DNA of 64,000 nt from Oceanispirochaeta sp. (GCA_963663385.2 CAXXXD010000003.1:1184001-1248000), one strand, 5' to 3'. Numbered from the stretch's first letter, positions 1-10,051 are shown. The notes: a model not told the origin generated them from the letters alone. Program-made: numbers and translations.

Positions 1-594
1 CCTCAAGGGCGCTTCATTTACATACTGCCTGTATCCCCTGTCATAAAGAGGCCCCCCTCCGGCATCCAGGCTCAAAGTAAAACGGTCATCTACACCGCGG
101 ATCAGTATGGTTTGAATTCCCGCATCCACATGGGGCGAACTGTTTTCGATCAATAGGGGAGAACGTCCTTCCTGTTCTTCAAACCTGACCCTTATGCTTC
201 TTTCCAGAGACTTACCGATATTATCCGTAACATGAAGGCGGCAGTGGCGGAGGGAAAAGCGCAGACGGTATTCGGCTCCCTCCTTAAGATAGAGTTCCCA
301 GGGAAAGGACGATGTTTTATTCCGGAATTCCCTGAAGCCCTCAGCTCTGAACTGATGGAGTCTCAGGTAGAGACGGGAGGCACAGCGGGAAAGGTAGGCG
401 CATCTCCAGAGATCTTCCATCTTTCCCGGGGCTGTAATACTACCCGGCTCCTCCTCCCTTTCCGGGTGTAATCCCAGGGCTTCAAGTTCATTTATAACCG
501 GTTCTTCCAGTCCGGGGGTGACAGGTATGAAAATAGAGTGTTCTCCTGCCAGAATATGTTTTTTGACACGGCGGTCAAGGGCTTTATTATTCAT
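1..594 (-). CDS. THUMP-domain class I SAM-dependent RNA methyltransferase (RlmL-like), 3' end outside window
   Basis: Not in the ORF track. Manual translation from ATG at 594: MNNKALDRR...PGLEEPVINEL...SRCASRLYLRL...FPWELYL...FTLSLDAGGGPLYDRGYRQYVNEAPLR, which are typical RlmL/THUMP motifs; frame open to the window edge. Confidence 0.85.
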   Translation of the reverse strand, partial: MNNKALDRRVKKHILAGEHSIFIPVTPGLEEPVINELEALGLHPEREEEPGSITAPGKMEDLWRCAYLSRCASRLYLRLHQFRAEGFREFRNKTSSFPWELYLKEGAEYRLRFSLRHCRLHVTDNIGKSLERSIRVRFEEQEGRSPLLIENSSPHVDAGIQTILIRGVDDRFTLSLDAGGGPLYDRGYRQYVNEAPLR

Positions 595-642
595 ATGACT
601 GGAAGGTAGCACAAAAACGGCCCTTCCGGTAAGGTAGGAAGC

Positions 643-3096
643 ATGATTAGTGAGGCTCTACCTGTCAAAAAGATCTTTCCCGAATTGAAAACACAGTGGG
701 AAAGGGGAAAAACTCGATTTATCATCCAGGCTGAACCGGGAGCGGGGAAATCGACAGCAGTTCCCTGTTTTCTGCTGGAATCCCCTTTTTGTCCGGGGAA
801 AGTGATTATGCTGGAACCCCGGAGGATGGCTGCCCGTTCACTGGCAGGGTTTCTCTCCTCTCAGAGAGGCGAAGCCCCGGGGCAGTCAATCGGGTACAGA
901 GTGAGAGGCGAAAGCAGAGTCGGTTCCGGAACAAAACTGGAAATTGTAACAGAAGGTGTATTTATCCGTATGATCCAGGAGGATCCCGAACTTACCGGGG
1001 TTTCTGCCGTCATTCTGGATGAGTTCCATGAGCGAAACCTCTTCAGCGATCTGGCTTATGCTTTTCTAACGGATGTACAGGATAATCTGAGAGATGATCT
1101 GAGGGTCATCATCATGAGTGCCACTCCGGAAAAAGAATTGCTGGAAAAGGCATTTGTCGATGCGGTTTATCTTGAATCTCACGGCAGGATGTTTCCGGTC
1201 GAACTGCAGTGGGAGTCTTCATTTTCTGCCGATCTGAGGATTGACTATGGAAAAATACAGGCAGCCGTATTTCAGGGATTGAAAGATAAGCCGGGAGATA
1301 TCCTGGTTTTTCTGCCGGGAGAAGGGGAAATCTCCCGTTTTGAATCCCGGTTAAGGGAATCGGTTCTTTCAGAAACCTGTGAAATACTGCCTCTCTATGG
1401 ACGACTGTCTCTGAAAGAACAGGATAGGGTCTTTAAAACGTCTTCCATGAGAAAAGTTATTCTGGCTACATCCATTGCCGAAACCAGCCTGACCATACCC
1501 GGTATTACAACTGTTATAGACTCCGGACTGGAAAGACGACCCGTATTCAACAGGCACAGCGGCCTCACCCGTCTGGAAACACTTCCTGTTTCAAAGGCTT
1601 CTGCCGATCAGCGCAAGGGCCGGGCAGGGCGGATCTCAGAAGGCTTATGCATAAGGATGTGGTCGGAGGTTTTCCATGCCCGGCTGGATAACTTCAGGGA
1701 GCCGGAACTGCTTTCAACAGATCTATCCAGTCTTGTACTGGAAGCAGCCGTATGGGGCTGCAGCAGACCGGAAGATCTCAACTGGCTTGAAAATCCCCCA
1801 AAAGCCCACTTCTATCAGGCCAGAGAGTTGCTGATAATGCTTCAGGCTATTGATCGGGATGGCAGATTACAGAATAACGGAAAAAAAATGGCCCTAATGG
1901 GGCTTCATCCCCGCTTATCAGCCATGATTCTGGAAGGAAAGAGAGAAAAGGAGGAACAGACAGCCTGCTGTATTGCCGCCATACTGTCAGAGCGGGACTG
2001 GATGAATCGTAAGGGAGATTCGGATTTTAGCTCCCGTCTGCTTTCCCTGAAAAACGAAAACGATAGAAACCATCCCACTGTAAAAAGCATTAGAAAGCTC
2101 TGGGCATCTCTGACCGGGGGAAATATCAGACCGGATCAGGTAAAACCGGAAATAGCGGCGGATCTTCTTTTAACAGCCTATCCCGACAGAATTGCAATGA
2201 AACGGGAAGGCCTGTCCTATCAGCTTTCCGGAGGAGGCGCCTGCCGTCTGTCCGAAACAGATTCCCTGCAGGGCTGTGATTTTATTTTAGCCCTGGATAC
2301 AGGAGGGGCCGGTACGGAGTCGATGGTATTCCTGTCTCTACCCTTGAGCAGGGATCAGTTATTTCAAATCTGCCGCGATCTGATTCAGACAAATGAATCC
2401 GTTGAGTGGGATGAGGATAAAAACAGATTAAAATACAGAAAAATCACCACTCTGGGGTCTTTAATTCTTGGAGAACAACCTCTGACAAATCCTTCTGCCA
2501 ATCTCTCCTTTATACAATTCAAAAGAACTCTTATGAAAAAAGGCCTGTCCATTCTGCCGATGGATAAAGCAGATCAGTTATTTCTGAAACGCTGTCGTTT
2601 TCTGACAGTTCAAAACCCTGAACAGTACGACGGGCCTGATTTTTCTGATGAGAATCTGATTGAAAATATTGAAAACTGGTTTATTCCTCTTCTGGTCAAG
2701 GGGCGTCTGGAAGGTAAAATCCGGGAAGGGTTGAAGTCTCTGCTATCCTGGGATCAGCAGTGTCTGCTGGACAGGGTCGTCCCCGAAACCTACCGGGTCC
2801 CCTCAGGCCGCCGGATTAGGATTGACTACTCCGATCCGGAGCAGCCTGCCCTTGATGTAAGAATTCAGGAACTCTTCGGTTTAGGCGATACCCCCAGGAT
2901 CGCTGGCGAAATTCCATTGTTGTTCCGCCTGTTGAATCCTGCCGGAAGACCGATTCAAATGACCCGGGATCTTAAAAGTTTCTGGGAAAACACCTATCCG
3001 GAGGTGAGAAAGGAATTACGCGGCCGATATCCCAAGCATTACTGGCCGGAAAACCCGTATGACGCCATACCAACCAGCCGCGTTAAACCACGTTAA
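643..3096 (+). CDS. hrpB: ATP-dependent RNA helicase HrpB
   Basis: AEPGAGKST, DEFHER, MSAT, QRKGRAGR, and the HrpB C-terminus RKELRGRYPKHYWP. Confidence 0.95.
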   Translation: MISEALPVKKIFPELKTQWERGKTRFIIQAEPGAGKSTAVPCFLLESPFCPGKVIMLEPRRMAARSLAGFLSSQRGEAPGQSIGYRVRGESRVGSGTKLEIVTEGVFIRMIQEDPELTGVSAVILDEFHERNLFSDLAYAFLTDVQDNLRDDLRVIIMSATPEKELLEKAFVDAVYLESHGRMFPVELQWESSFSADLRIDYGKIQAAVFQGLKDKPGDILVFLPGEGEISRFESRLRESVLSETCEILPLYGRLSLKEQDRVFKTSSMRKVILATSIAETSLTIPGITTVIDSGLERRPVFNRHSGLTRLETLPVSKASADQRKGRAGRISEGLCIRMWSEVFHARLDNFREPELLSTDLSSLVLEAAVWGCSRPEDLNWLENPPKAHFYQARELLIMLQAIDRDGRLQNNGKKMALMGLHPRLSAMILEGKREKEEQTACCIAAILSERDWMNRKGDSDFSSRLLSLKNENDRNHPTVKSIRKLWASLTGGNIRPDQVKPEIAADLLLTAYPDRIAMKREGLSYQLSGGGACRLSETDSLQGCDFILALDTGGAGTESMVFLSLPLSRDQLFQICRDLIQTNESVEWDEDKNRLKYRKITTLGSLILGEQPLTNPSANLSFIQFKRTLMKKGLSILPMDKADQLFLKRCRFLTVQNPEQYDGPDFSDENLIENIENWFIPLLVKGRLEGKIREGLKSLLSWDQQCLLDRVVPETYRVPSGRRIRIDYSDPEQPALDVRIQELFGLGDTPRIAGEIPLLFRLLNPAGRPIQMTRDLKSFWENTYPEVRKELRGRYPKHYWPENPYDAIPTSRVKPR

Positions 3097-3109
3097 TCAA
3101 TCCCCGCCA

Positions 3110-3631
3110 TCAGATTATCGTTACCCGTTCGTCGAAGGCTTTTTTGACAGGACGCTTCTGGGGTTCGGTCATTTTACCGATAGGGAGGAGGATCCTTATA
3201 ATCCTGTCATCCCCCAGTCCGATCAGTCTTCCGATTTCGTCGGCACGGTTGTCCAGGCGCAGCCATCCGTCGATCCAGACGGAACCGTAGCCGAGAGCGG
3301 TAGCCGCAAGAAGTATGTTCTGGGTGGCGGCGGCGCAATCTTCTATTTCAAAGTCATGACCGAAGTAGACATCTTCGGGTTTTTTAGCGATATGACAGGC
3401 TATATAGGCAGGAGCACTGGCCATGGATCCGTTAGCCTGGGGCATATCATGGATGGTTTCTACTATTTTTTTATCCCGTATTATTATAAAACCAGTTGTC
3501 TGGGCGTTTTTTCCGGAAGGGGCGTCCAATCCTGCCTGGACGATTTTTTTGAGATCTTCAAGAGGAACTTCTCTCTGTTCCATTGCTTTCCTGTAACTGA
3601 ATCTGTTCATAACTACATCGAAAAAATCCAT
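3110..3631 (-). CDS. Nitroreductase family protein
   Basis: RFSYRK, APSGKNAQ, DCAAATQNILLAATALGYGSVWI; start moved to ATG 3631 behind SD GAGGAG. Confidence 0.9.
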   Translation of the reverse strand: MDFFDVVMNRFSYRKAMEQREVPLEDLKKIVQAGLDAPSGKNAQTTGFIIIRDKKIVETIHDMPQANGSMASAPAYIACHIAKKPEDVYFGHDFEIEDCAAATQNILLAATALGYGSVWIDGWLRLDNRADEIGRLIGLGDDRIIRILLPIGKMTEPQKRPVKKAFDERVTII

Positions 3632-3688
3632 TATATTCTCCTCTCTGTCCATCATAATAGCGTTTCATCAAAGGATAGTCAAAATCCT

Positions 3689-3716
3689 TTGACAAGCGCC
3701 TACGATGTGTTAAATT
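3689..3716 (+). promoter_or_regulatory. sigma70-type promoter for the 67-aa gene
   Basis: TTGACA-N16-TAAATT with TG extended -10. Confidence 0.55.
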
Positions 3717-3782
3717 TGTATTAGAAAGTGTTTCGTCTTTTGCTGGTTTTCTGAAGGGACTACTGTTGCATAGGAGGATTCC

Positions 3783-3986
3783 ATGGTTCAGAAACTGTAT
3801 TTTATTGAAGAAAACGAAGAGCTCGTCGGCGTTTACGAGGATCACGAATACGCCCGGGAAGAAGCTGTCTTTCTCAAAGAGGATCATCCCCTTGATCACT
3901 TCCGCCTGTTCAGTTTAACAGTCAGCGAACTGGATAACTATCCGGAGGCCTATGATTATGCCTGTGATGCGGGTATGTTGAATTGA
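3783..3986 (+). CDS. Small acidic hypothetical protein (67 aa)
   Basis: Strong SD AGGAGG, upstream promoter, fills the intergenic gap. Confidence 0.75.
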   Translation: MVQKLYFIEENEELVGVYEDHEYAREEAVFLKEDHPLDHFRLFSLTVSELDNYPEAYDYACDAGMLN

Positions 3987-4177
3987 CAGCTGCTTTTGCT
4001 GTTTTATTCTCTGGTTATCTCAAAATACTTTCTTATACGGAAGAAATATACCGTGTAGGACTTGACCGGTTTTCTTCCAATAAAAAAACATAAACCCTTT
4101 AATCTATTCCCTTTTGGTTTATAATGAATATACAGAACAATTAAGAATATCTCAAAAATGTAATTCAGGAGATTCGG

Positions 4178-5605
4178 ATGATAAAGAAGTCTTTTTTTTT
4201 AATATTACCTTTTCTATTGCTTTTTTCAGGCTGTGATGAAGCCTGGGATATTATGATTGAATTTAATCTGGTGGATGACGGGGGAAGTGATCATTCTGAT
4301 CCCACGGATGATTATACAAACTATACACTGGCAGGCGGCTATCCGGACCTGGATCTGGACGGGATCCCGGATGTTGCTGAGTTACCCAATACCAAATTTG
4401 AGGACATGCCTCTATATGACTGGGGAGCCAGACCTGCTCAAAGAGACTTATTTATACACGTTGCCACGATGGAAGTCGGGGATGAAGAAACAGATGGAGG
4501 ACTTCTTCTGCAGAAAAATGCCCTTGATAAGGTTGTGGCAGCTTTTGCTGCACAGGAAATTGCCGTGCATTTTGATGTGGGAAGCAAAGGGTTATATGAA
4601 GGGTATTCCGAAAGCAGTTCGGACACCTATAACCTGAGCGACCGGGATAATCAGGTTCCTTATGCCAAATCAATTCAGCTTTCTGAATCAGTTGTTAATC
4701 AAACTGGAGCAAATCCGGATGAATATGTATTCGTTAATGATTATAAAGATGAATATTTTCCCAGTAAAAGAGAGAATATATTCTATTTTCTTGTAATTGG
4801 CAGCTCTCAGGAAGAGGATGGTTCTGGTGGATCCTCAGGCATTTCCTGGTTAAACGGTGTAAGTTTCTTAGTTACACTTGCAGATTGGGACTATGTATTT
4901 GGTGATGGATGGACTATTGGCGGGATTGAAATGACCGCTGAACAAATGAAGAATAGAGCTGTAAATGGTCAAGCCGCAACAATAATGCATGAGTTCGGGC
5001 ATATCTTGGGTTTGAAACATGGTGGAAATATCAACGAGAACTACAAGCCAAACTACTATAGTATTATGAATTATTTATATCAAATCGATGGTCTACCAGA
5101 AATTGGAAATAATGAAGGTGATCGTTATTATAAAGAGCAATTTATTCAGCAGTATTATTACAACGGAAACACAAATACCTCTTGGAAAGATTTTGTAACT
5201 TATTCGTCTTCTACTAATTGGTATATGAATGATTATGCCTTAATCAATGGTCCTTATACATCAACATTTAAAATAGATTACTCGCATGGAGATGGTGGTA
5301 GCTTAGATGAGAGTGGCAATCTAAATGAAAACTTAGGATTAAATCAGATCAGTTCAAATTCAATTGATTGGAATGCAAGCGGCTCTATTGAATCTGGAGT
5401 TGAATATGATATCAATTATTCTTGGACTAAAAACAATTATACAAATGATTCGACAACAGTATTACAAGATTATGATGACTGGAGTAATCTATATTATTAT
5501 TTTGCAAATAGGACCGCTGGAAAATCAAGAAATATTGATGAAAATCGGTTAGAAGTTGAATTTGAAGAAAAACCTCTTTTTCTTCCTACTGTTATAAGGA
5601 AATGA
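4178..5605 (+). CDS. Lipoprotein zinc metalloprotease (metzincin-type)
   Basis: Lipobox LFSG-C; HEFGHILGLKH (HExxHxxGxxH); Met-turn-like SIMNY; DLDGIPD Ca-binding-like motif. Confidence 0.85.
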   Translation: MIKKSFFLILPFLLLFSGCDEAWDIMIEFNLVDDGGSDHSDPTDDYTNYTLAGGYPDLDLDGIPDVAELPNTKFEDMPLYDWGARPAQRDLFIHVATMEVGDEETDGGLLLQKNALDKVVAAFAAQEIAVHFDVGSKGLYEGYSESSSDTYNLSDRDNQVPYAKSIQLSESVVNQTGANPDEYVFVNDYKDEYFPSKRENIFYFLVIGSSQEEDGSGGSSGISWLNGVSFLVTLADWDYVFGDGWTIGGIEMTAEQMKNRAVNGQAATIMHEFGHILGLKHGGNINENYKPNYYSIMNYLYQIDGLPEIGNNEGDRYYKEQFIQQYYYNGNTNTSWKDFVTYSSSTNWYMNDYALINGPYTSTFKIDYSHGDGGSLDESGNLNENLGLNQISSNSIDWNASGSIESGVEYDINYSWTKNNYTNDSTTVLQDYDDWSNLYYYFANRTAGKSRNIDENRLEVEFEEKPLFLPTVIRK

Positions 5606-6174
5606 AGTTATCTATGAAAAATATGCTCGTATTAATTCCATTTATTCTGGTTTCGTGTTTAAGTTTTCAGCGTCAGTCAATGGATATAAAAAATGATTCT
5701 CTTGATATGAGTGCTGAAGGTATTATCCAGGAATTACAGATTGATGGATCAGAACTAACTATTCTTGATGAAAATAAAAAAATTAAGATTAATTTCTCAA
5801 ATATTATTGAGAGGGATTTAGATTCTTCAGTGTTAGTAGGTTACAAATACATATATATGTCCTCAAGAACTCCGGAGGGACCAGTCGAATATCTTTCAAT
5901 ATCAAATTCTGATGGTCTAACTGTATTTTTGGGAGATAGAATAGGATTAGGTCAAATTCCCGGTATTGATCTGAGTATTAATTATTCTTCTAATAAACAA
6001 GAATCGTTGGAAATTAGTGGAGAAGATGGCTCTTGGATTATTCAAGCTGGTAAGAAAAGGAAAATCTCAATCCAGGGGGAAATATTTAATACTTATCTTC
6101 TGAATTATCAAAAAGGAAACCCGGATCTTGATCAGCCTCCCTTTAAAGCAGACTTAATGCTGATCAGGCAGTAG
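5602..6174 (+). CDS. Hypothetical lipoprotein coupled to the protease
   Basis: ATGA overlap with the protease; signal peptide ending ILVS-C. Confidence 0.75.
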   Translation: MKLSMKNMLVLIPFILVSCLSFQRQSMDIKNDSLDMSAEGIIQELQIDGSELTILDENKKIKINFSNIIERDLDSSVLVGYKYIYMSSRTPEGPVEYLSISNSDGLTVFLGDRIGLGQIPGIDLSINYSSNKQESLEISGEDGSWIIQAGKKRKISIQGEIFNTYLLNYQKGNPDLDQPPFKADLMLIRQ

Positions 6175-6248
6175 CTCTGCGAAAAATCTGTAGGAAAAGC
6201 TTATGACAAATCTCCCGTCTGCATGGTATGGTTGTGGACGGAGGATTT

Positions 6249-7001
6249 ATGAGCAGTATTAAACCACCTCAGCCTAAAACCCTGGCGGCCGTGAAGTCAG
6301 GGGTCGTTATGAGCCTGATTGAAACTCTTCTTGAACAGGATACGGAGCTGAATGCATCCCTTCCGGCATCTTCCTTTGCTGTAACCCTTGCCGCACCGGG
6401 GGGAATCAGAAATACACTCTCCCTCAGAGGCGGTACAAAAGGGGCTACCCTCTATTTCCCCGCCTGGAAAGATATGATCAGGGTTCTGTCCGGAGAGAAA
6501 GGAACTGTTCTGCCTATCCCAACGGGTTTCCGGTTTATGAGTGCCCTGAATACCTTTCAAAAAAGTGCCGCTGCCGTTTCCCGTGTTATGGATATTGTTC
6601 CTGACCAGGATAATGAGGACGAACTGAAACTGAAAACGAAGATGCTCCTTACCGCAGCTTTAAGAGGGGTTTGTGAAGTATATAATTATGACCACTGGAC
6701 ACTGGTAAAATCCCGGCATATTCCTGAGGGGACCATTGCTGTCCGGATCAAAGATCATCCGGATATGGGAGCTGTAATACGGGTCGGAAACAATACGATG
6801 GAACTGGACCGGAAAAGAAATCAGGATAAGGTAAATGCGGTACTGGAGTTCAGCACTGTTTCGGTCTGCTACCAGGTACTGACAGGAGCCCTTCCGGCTC
6901 TGGGAGCTCTGGGGGACAGCCGGGTCATGATTATGGGGAAATTGCCGATGATTCAGGGATTGTTCCCTCTGCTGGATCGGTTTGGAGAGATAATGCAATG
7001 A
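6249..7001 (+). CDS. Hypothetical protein with SCP2-like C-terminal region
   Basis: SD GGAGG; C-terminal pattern AVLEF...VLTGAL...ALGDSRVMIMGKL resembles the SCP2 fold (by eye). Confidence 0.6.
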   Translation: MSSIKPPQPKTLAAVKSGVVMSLIETLLEQDTELNASLPASSFAVTLAAPGGIRNTLSLRGGTKGATLYFPAWKDMIRVLSGEKGTVLPIPTGFRFMSALNTFQKSAAAVSRVMDIVPDQDNEDELKLKTKMLLTAALRGVCEVYNYDHWTLVKSRHIPEGTIAVRIKDHPDMGAVIRVGNNTMELDRKRNQDKVNAVLEFSTVSVCYQVLTGALPALGALGDSRVMIMGKLPMIQGLFPLLDRFGEIMQ

Positions 7002-8209
7002 GATATAAAAAAAGCCAGGAAATTTTCAACAGAGCCATAGACTGTATACCCGGCGGTATCTACGGCTCCAAGAGCCCCGGATTTACCGTGCCGGGTCAAT
7101 TCCCGTACTTCTTTACAGAAGGGGAGGGATGCCGGGTAAAGGATGCTGACGGCAACAGCTATATTGACTACCTGTGTGGTTTCGGATCCATGATACTGGG
7201 GTTCGGGAATGAGGAAGTGGACAAACCTGCCATTGAACAGCTCCGGAAAGGGGACCTTCTGAACTGTCCTTCTCCTGTTATGGTGGATCTGGCGGAACGT
7301 CTGTGCAACACAATAGACGGAATGGACTGGAGTGTGTTCGCCAAAAACGGTACGGATGCCACTACGCTTGCCATTTCCCTGGCCCGGGTTCAGACAGGTA
7401 AACGCCGTGTCCTGATGGCTCAGGGGGCGTATCATGGTTCGGCTAACTGGTGTTCATCCAATGAATATCCTATTCTGGATGAAAAAGATTATGCTCATAC
7501 TTTCCCCTACGGGGATGAAGAGGCCCTGAAGGAGTTATTTTCTCTCTATAAAGATGAAATCGCCTGTATTATTCTGACTCCCTATCATCACCCTACCTTT
7601 ATCGATTCGGTTCTGCCCGAAAAAACCTGGTATCCTCTGGTAGAGTCTCTCTGTGATCAGGAGGGCTCTCTGTTTATCATGGACGATATAAGGGCCAATT
7701 TCCGTTTATCCCTGAAAGGATCCCATCACTGGTTCGGAGCTAAACCGCATATGGTCGCCATGGGGAAATCCCTGGCAAACGGATACCCCATAGCCGCCCT
7801 TATGGGCAGGAAGGAGTTGAAAAAAACCGCAGCGGGATTTTTTATAACGGGAACTTTCTGGACCTCCTCCGTTCCAATGGTGGCAGCCATGCACTGCCTT
7901 GATGCAATGGAGCGGGATAAGGTTCAGGATCATGTTTTGTCGATGGGAAAACGCTTAAAACAGGGGTTACAGGATACAGCTGGAAAAAACGGATTTGATG
8001 TTTCCCTGTCGGGTCCGGATTCTATCCCTTTTATGACATTCCGGGAAGACCCCGATCTGTATCTGAACCAGAGGTTTTCCGCTGCCATGGCTCTCAAGGG
8101 TGTCTACCTTCACCCTCACCACAACTGGTTTCTCTCATATGCTCATAAAGAGTCGGATATAGATGAAACAATCGAAAAAGCGAATGAAGCATTCAGGGAG
8201 ATCCGTTAA
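6998..8209 (+). CDS. Class III PLP aminotransferase (GSA aminomutase-like)
   Basis: DADGNSYIDY, KNGTDAT, DDIRANFR, PLP lysine in MGKSLANGYP. Confidence 0.88.
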   Translation: MRYKKSQEIFNRAIDCIPGGIYGSKSPGFTVPGQFPYFFTEGEGCRVKDADGNSYIDYLCGFGSMILGFGNEEVDKPAIEQLRKGDLLNCPSPVMVDLAERLCNTIDGMDWSVFAKNGTDATTLAISLARVQTGKRRVLMAQGAYHGSANWCSSNEYPILDEKDYAHTFPYGDEEALKELFSLYKDEIACIILTPYHHPTFIDSVLPEKTWYPLVESLCDQEGSLFIMDDIRANFRLSLKGSHHWFGAKPHMVAMGKSLANGYPIAALMGRKELKKTAAGFFITGTFWTSSVPMVAAMHCLDAMERDKVQDHVLSMGKRLKQGLQDTAGKNGFDVSLSGPDSIPFMTFREDPDLYLNQRFSAAMALKGVYLHPHHNWFLSYAHKESDIDETIEKANEAFREIR

Positions 8210-8240
8210 GAGACAGAAGAGAACGAAGTAATAAAATGGA

Positions 8241-8268
8241 CCCCTCTCAATCTCCCCTCAAGGGGAGA
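8241..8268. repeat. REP-like palindromic element / hairpin
   Basis: CCCCTCTCAA-TCTCCCCT-CA-AGGGGAGA between convergent genes; single copy in the window. Confidence 0.4.
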
Positions 8269-8368
8269 AGTCATTGTTCTTACGTTCCTACCCGGATATA
8301 CGAGCATAGTAGAGGATGAGGAGCCGGGGAGCAGGTATATAGATATTTACTTTTATTGAGGTGCTTTT

Positions 8369-9517
8369 TTAAAACACTGAAAACAGTTTAAAAACAATCA
8401 CTCCCAGGTAATTGCCTATGGCATAACCCATCAAACCGGCTGTAATGCCCGGCGCTATCAGGGAGGGGCGTTTTATGGCTAATCCTGTTACCCCTACAAA
8501 GGGCGGGGAACAGATGGCAGCGGTGCTGGCAATCAGCATGGTATCCACGTCAATCCTGAAAATTCTGCATAGAACAGCATGAATCAGCATGGAAACAAAC
8601 ACGCAAAATCCCACCAGAAGAAAAACCATGGGGGTTGCACTCAGTATGCGGGAGAAATTCCCCATGGCTCCTGTGGAAGCGCTGAATACAAGTATAAAAT
8701 ACTCTCCGAACCGGAATGTATCGGGGATATTGCGAACCTGCGGGATCAGGGATGTCAGGAGGCTGAGGGTTGTGATAATCATAATAACAACTAAAGTCTG
8801 GCTCTCCTGTTTAACAAAAAGGGTAGCTGTTCCTCCCAGACCGAAAATCAGAACAGCCAATCCAAGAGCCCCCAGCAGGGGGATCACCTTTTCTCTTGCA
8901 AAAAGTTCCCGGAAAGGCTTTATATCACTATCTGATTCCTTCATGGAAGAGAGCCCCTCCTCTTTATTTTCCTGTCTCATGAATATGGAAAATACTGTGC
9001 GTGCCGCAGTGATAACAAACATCAGGTACAGTGCGCTTAACAGGATATCCGAAGCATGAACGGCCAGGTAGAGATCCGCCGGCACTGACAGGGCCGCTCT
9101 GATAGCGGCCAGGTTCGGTGTTCCTCCGGTGTACACGCCTACCAGCATACCGGCAATTCTGGGAAAATCCGGCAGGGAAGATGCAAACAGGAACCGTCCC
9201 GCTGTCAGAGTAAGTGTAATAGACAGCGCAGCCAGGATCATGGCGGCCCCGGTTTTCCCTGATTCTCTGAACCATGTTTTTATATTGACGGAAAACAGCA
9301 TTAATGGAATGGAAAGGGCCACTGTTACAGTGGCGATTAAATCCAGTACAGGATAGGCATCATCCCCGATTATTCCGGTATTCACAAGTAGAAGGCCAAA
9401 TACATAGGCTGCAATGATAGGATTGATTCTCCTCAGGACCGGGTAGGCGGAACGGATATAATGCACACCTATGGGAAAAGTAAATACAGCTGCGGAAAGA
9501 AGCAGGGATGCGGTCAT
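8369..9517 (-). CDS. DUF819 family membrane protein
   Basis: Multi-TM; GVYTGGTPNLAAI, STAAICSPPFV and GLMGYAIGNYLG motifs. Confidence 0.8.
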   Translation of the reverse strand: MTASLLLSAAVFTFPIGVHYIRSAYPVLRRINPIIAAYVFGLLLVNTGIIGDDAYPVLDLIATVTVALSIPLMLFSVNIKTWFRESGKTGAAMILAALSITLTLTAGRFLFASSLPDFPRIAGMLVGVYTGGTPNLAAIRAALSVPADLYLAVHASDILLSALYLMFVITAARTVFSIFMRQENKEEGLSSMKESDSDIKPFRELFAREKVIPLLGALGLAVLIFGLGGTATLFVKQESQTLVVIMIITTLSLLTSLIPQVRNIPDTFRFGEYFILVFSASTGAMGNFSRILSATPMVFLLVGFCVFVSMLIHAVLCRIFRIDVDTMLIASTAAICSPPFVGVTGLAIKRPSLIAPGITAGLMGYAIGNYLGVIVFKLFSVF

Positions 9518-9520
9518 GGA

Positions 9521-9841
9521 TTATTCTCCCGGGAGTTCGTAATCTACAACAACCCGATCTGAACGAACCAGCTTGTTATAGGCTGCCGCTTTTTTATGAC
9601 GGGGATCGGATCGGTATGCCTGAAGGTCATCCCAGGTATTAAAGGTGGAGACAAGGACTGCATCGTATGCCGTTGGTGATTCATTATTAATATTTACACC
9701 GACTTCAAACTCGCCTTCTCTGATCTGGGGGATAACTCCAATAAGCTCTTCCAGCTCTTTTTTTACAATTTGAATATTTTCCGATTTGCTTTTGCCTTCG
9801 GCATTCTCTTTGAAACGCCACATTACTATATGTTTAATCAT
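9521..9841 (-). CDS. Dabb (stress-responsive A/B barrel) protein
   Basis: MIKHIVMWRFK...LQAYRSDPRH...VVDYE. Confidence 0.9.
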   Translation of the reverse strand: MIKHIVMWRFKENAEGKSKSENIQIVKKELEELIGVIPQIREGEFEVGVNINNESPTAYDAVLVSTFNTWDDLQAYRSDPRHKKAAAYNKLVRSDRVVVDYELPGE

Positions 9842-9984
9842 GACTTATCCTATCAAATACCGGGAGTAAAAACCATAGCTTTGTAAAACCTGATTCTGAA
9901 ATATGCATTTACTTATACATAATGCTTCAGCGAAAAACGGACACCAGATAGAACCTGGATATTATCAGGTTTTGTTTGAATAGT

Positions 9985-10040
9985 TTGATTTGAATAATCA
10001 TCCGCGATAGTATATATTTGTTGATGATAGCTTAACTATC
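9985..10040 (+). promoter_or_regulatory. sigma70 promoter plus candidate TetR operator
   Basis: TTGATT-N17-TAGTAT, then palindrome GATAG-CTTAA-CTATC (10026-10040) just before the SD. Confidence 0.5.
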
Positions 10041-10051
10041 GAAGAGGAAGT

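Noticed and set aside
232..471. 79-aa plus-strand ORF
   Set aside because: Antisense to the THUMP methyltransferase gene, which has clear family motifs.
3059..3724. 221-aa plus-strand ORF
   Set aside because: Antisense shadow of the nitroreductase gene; no recognisable motifs.
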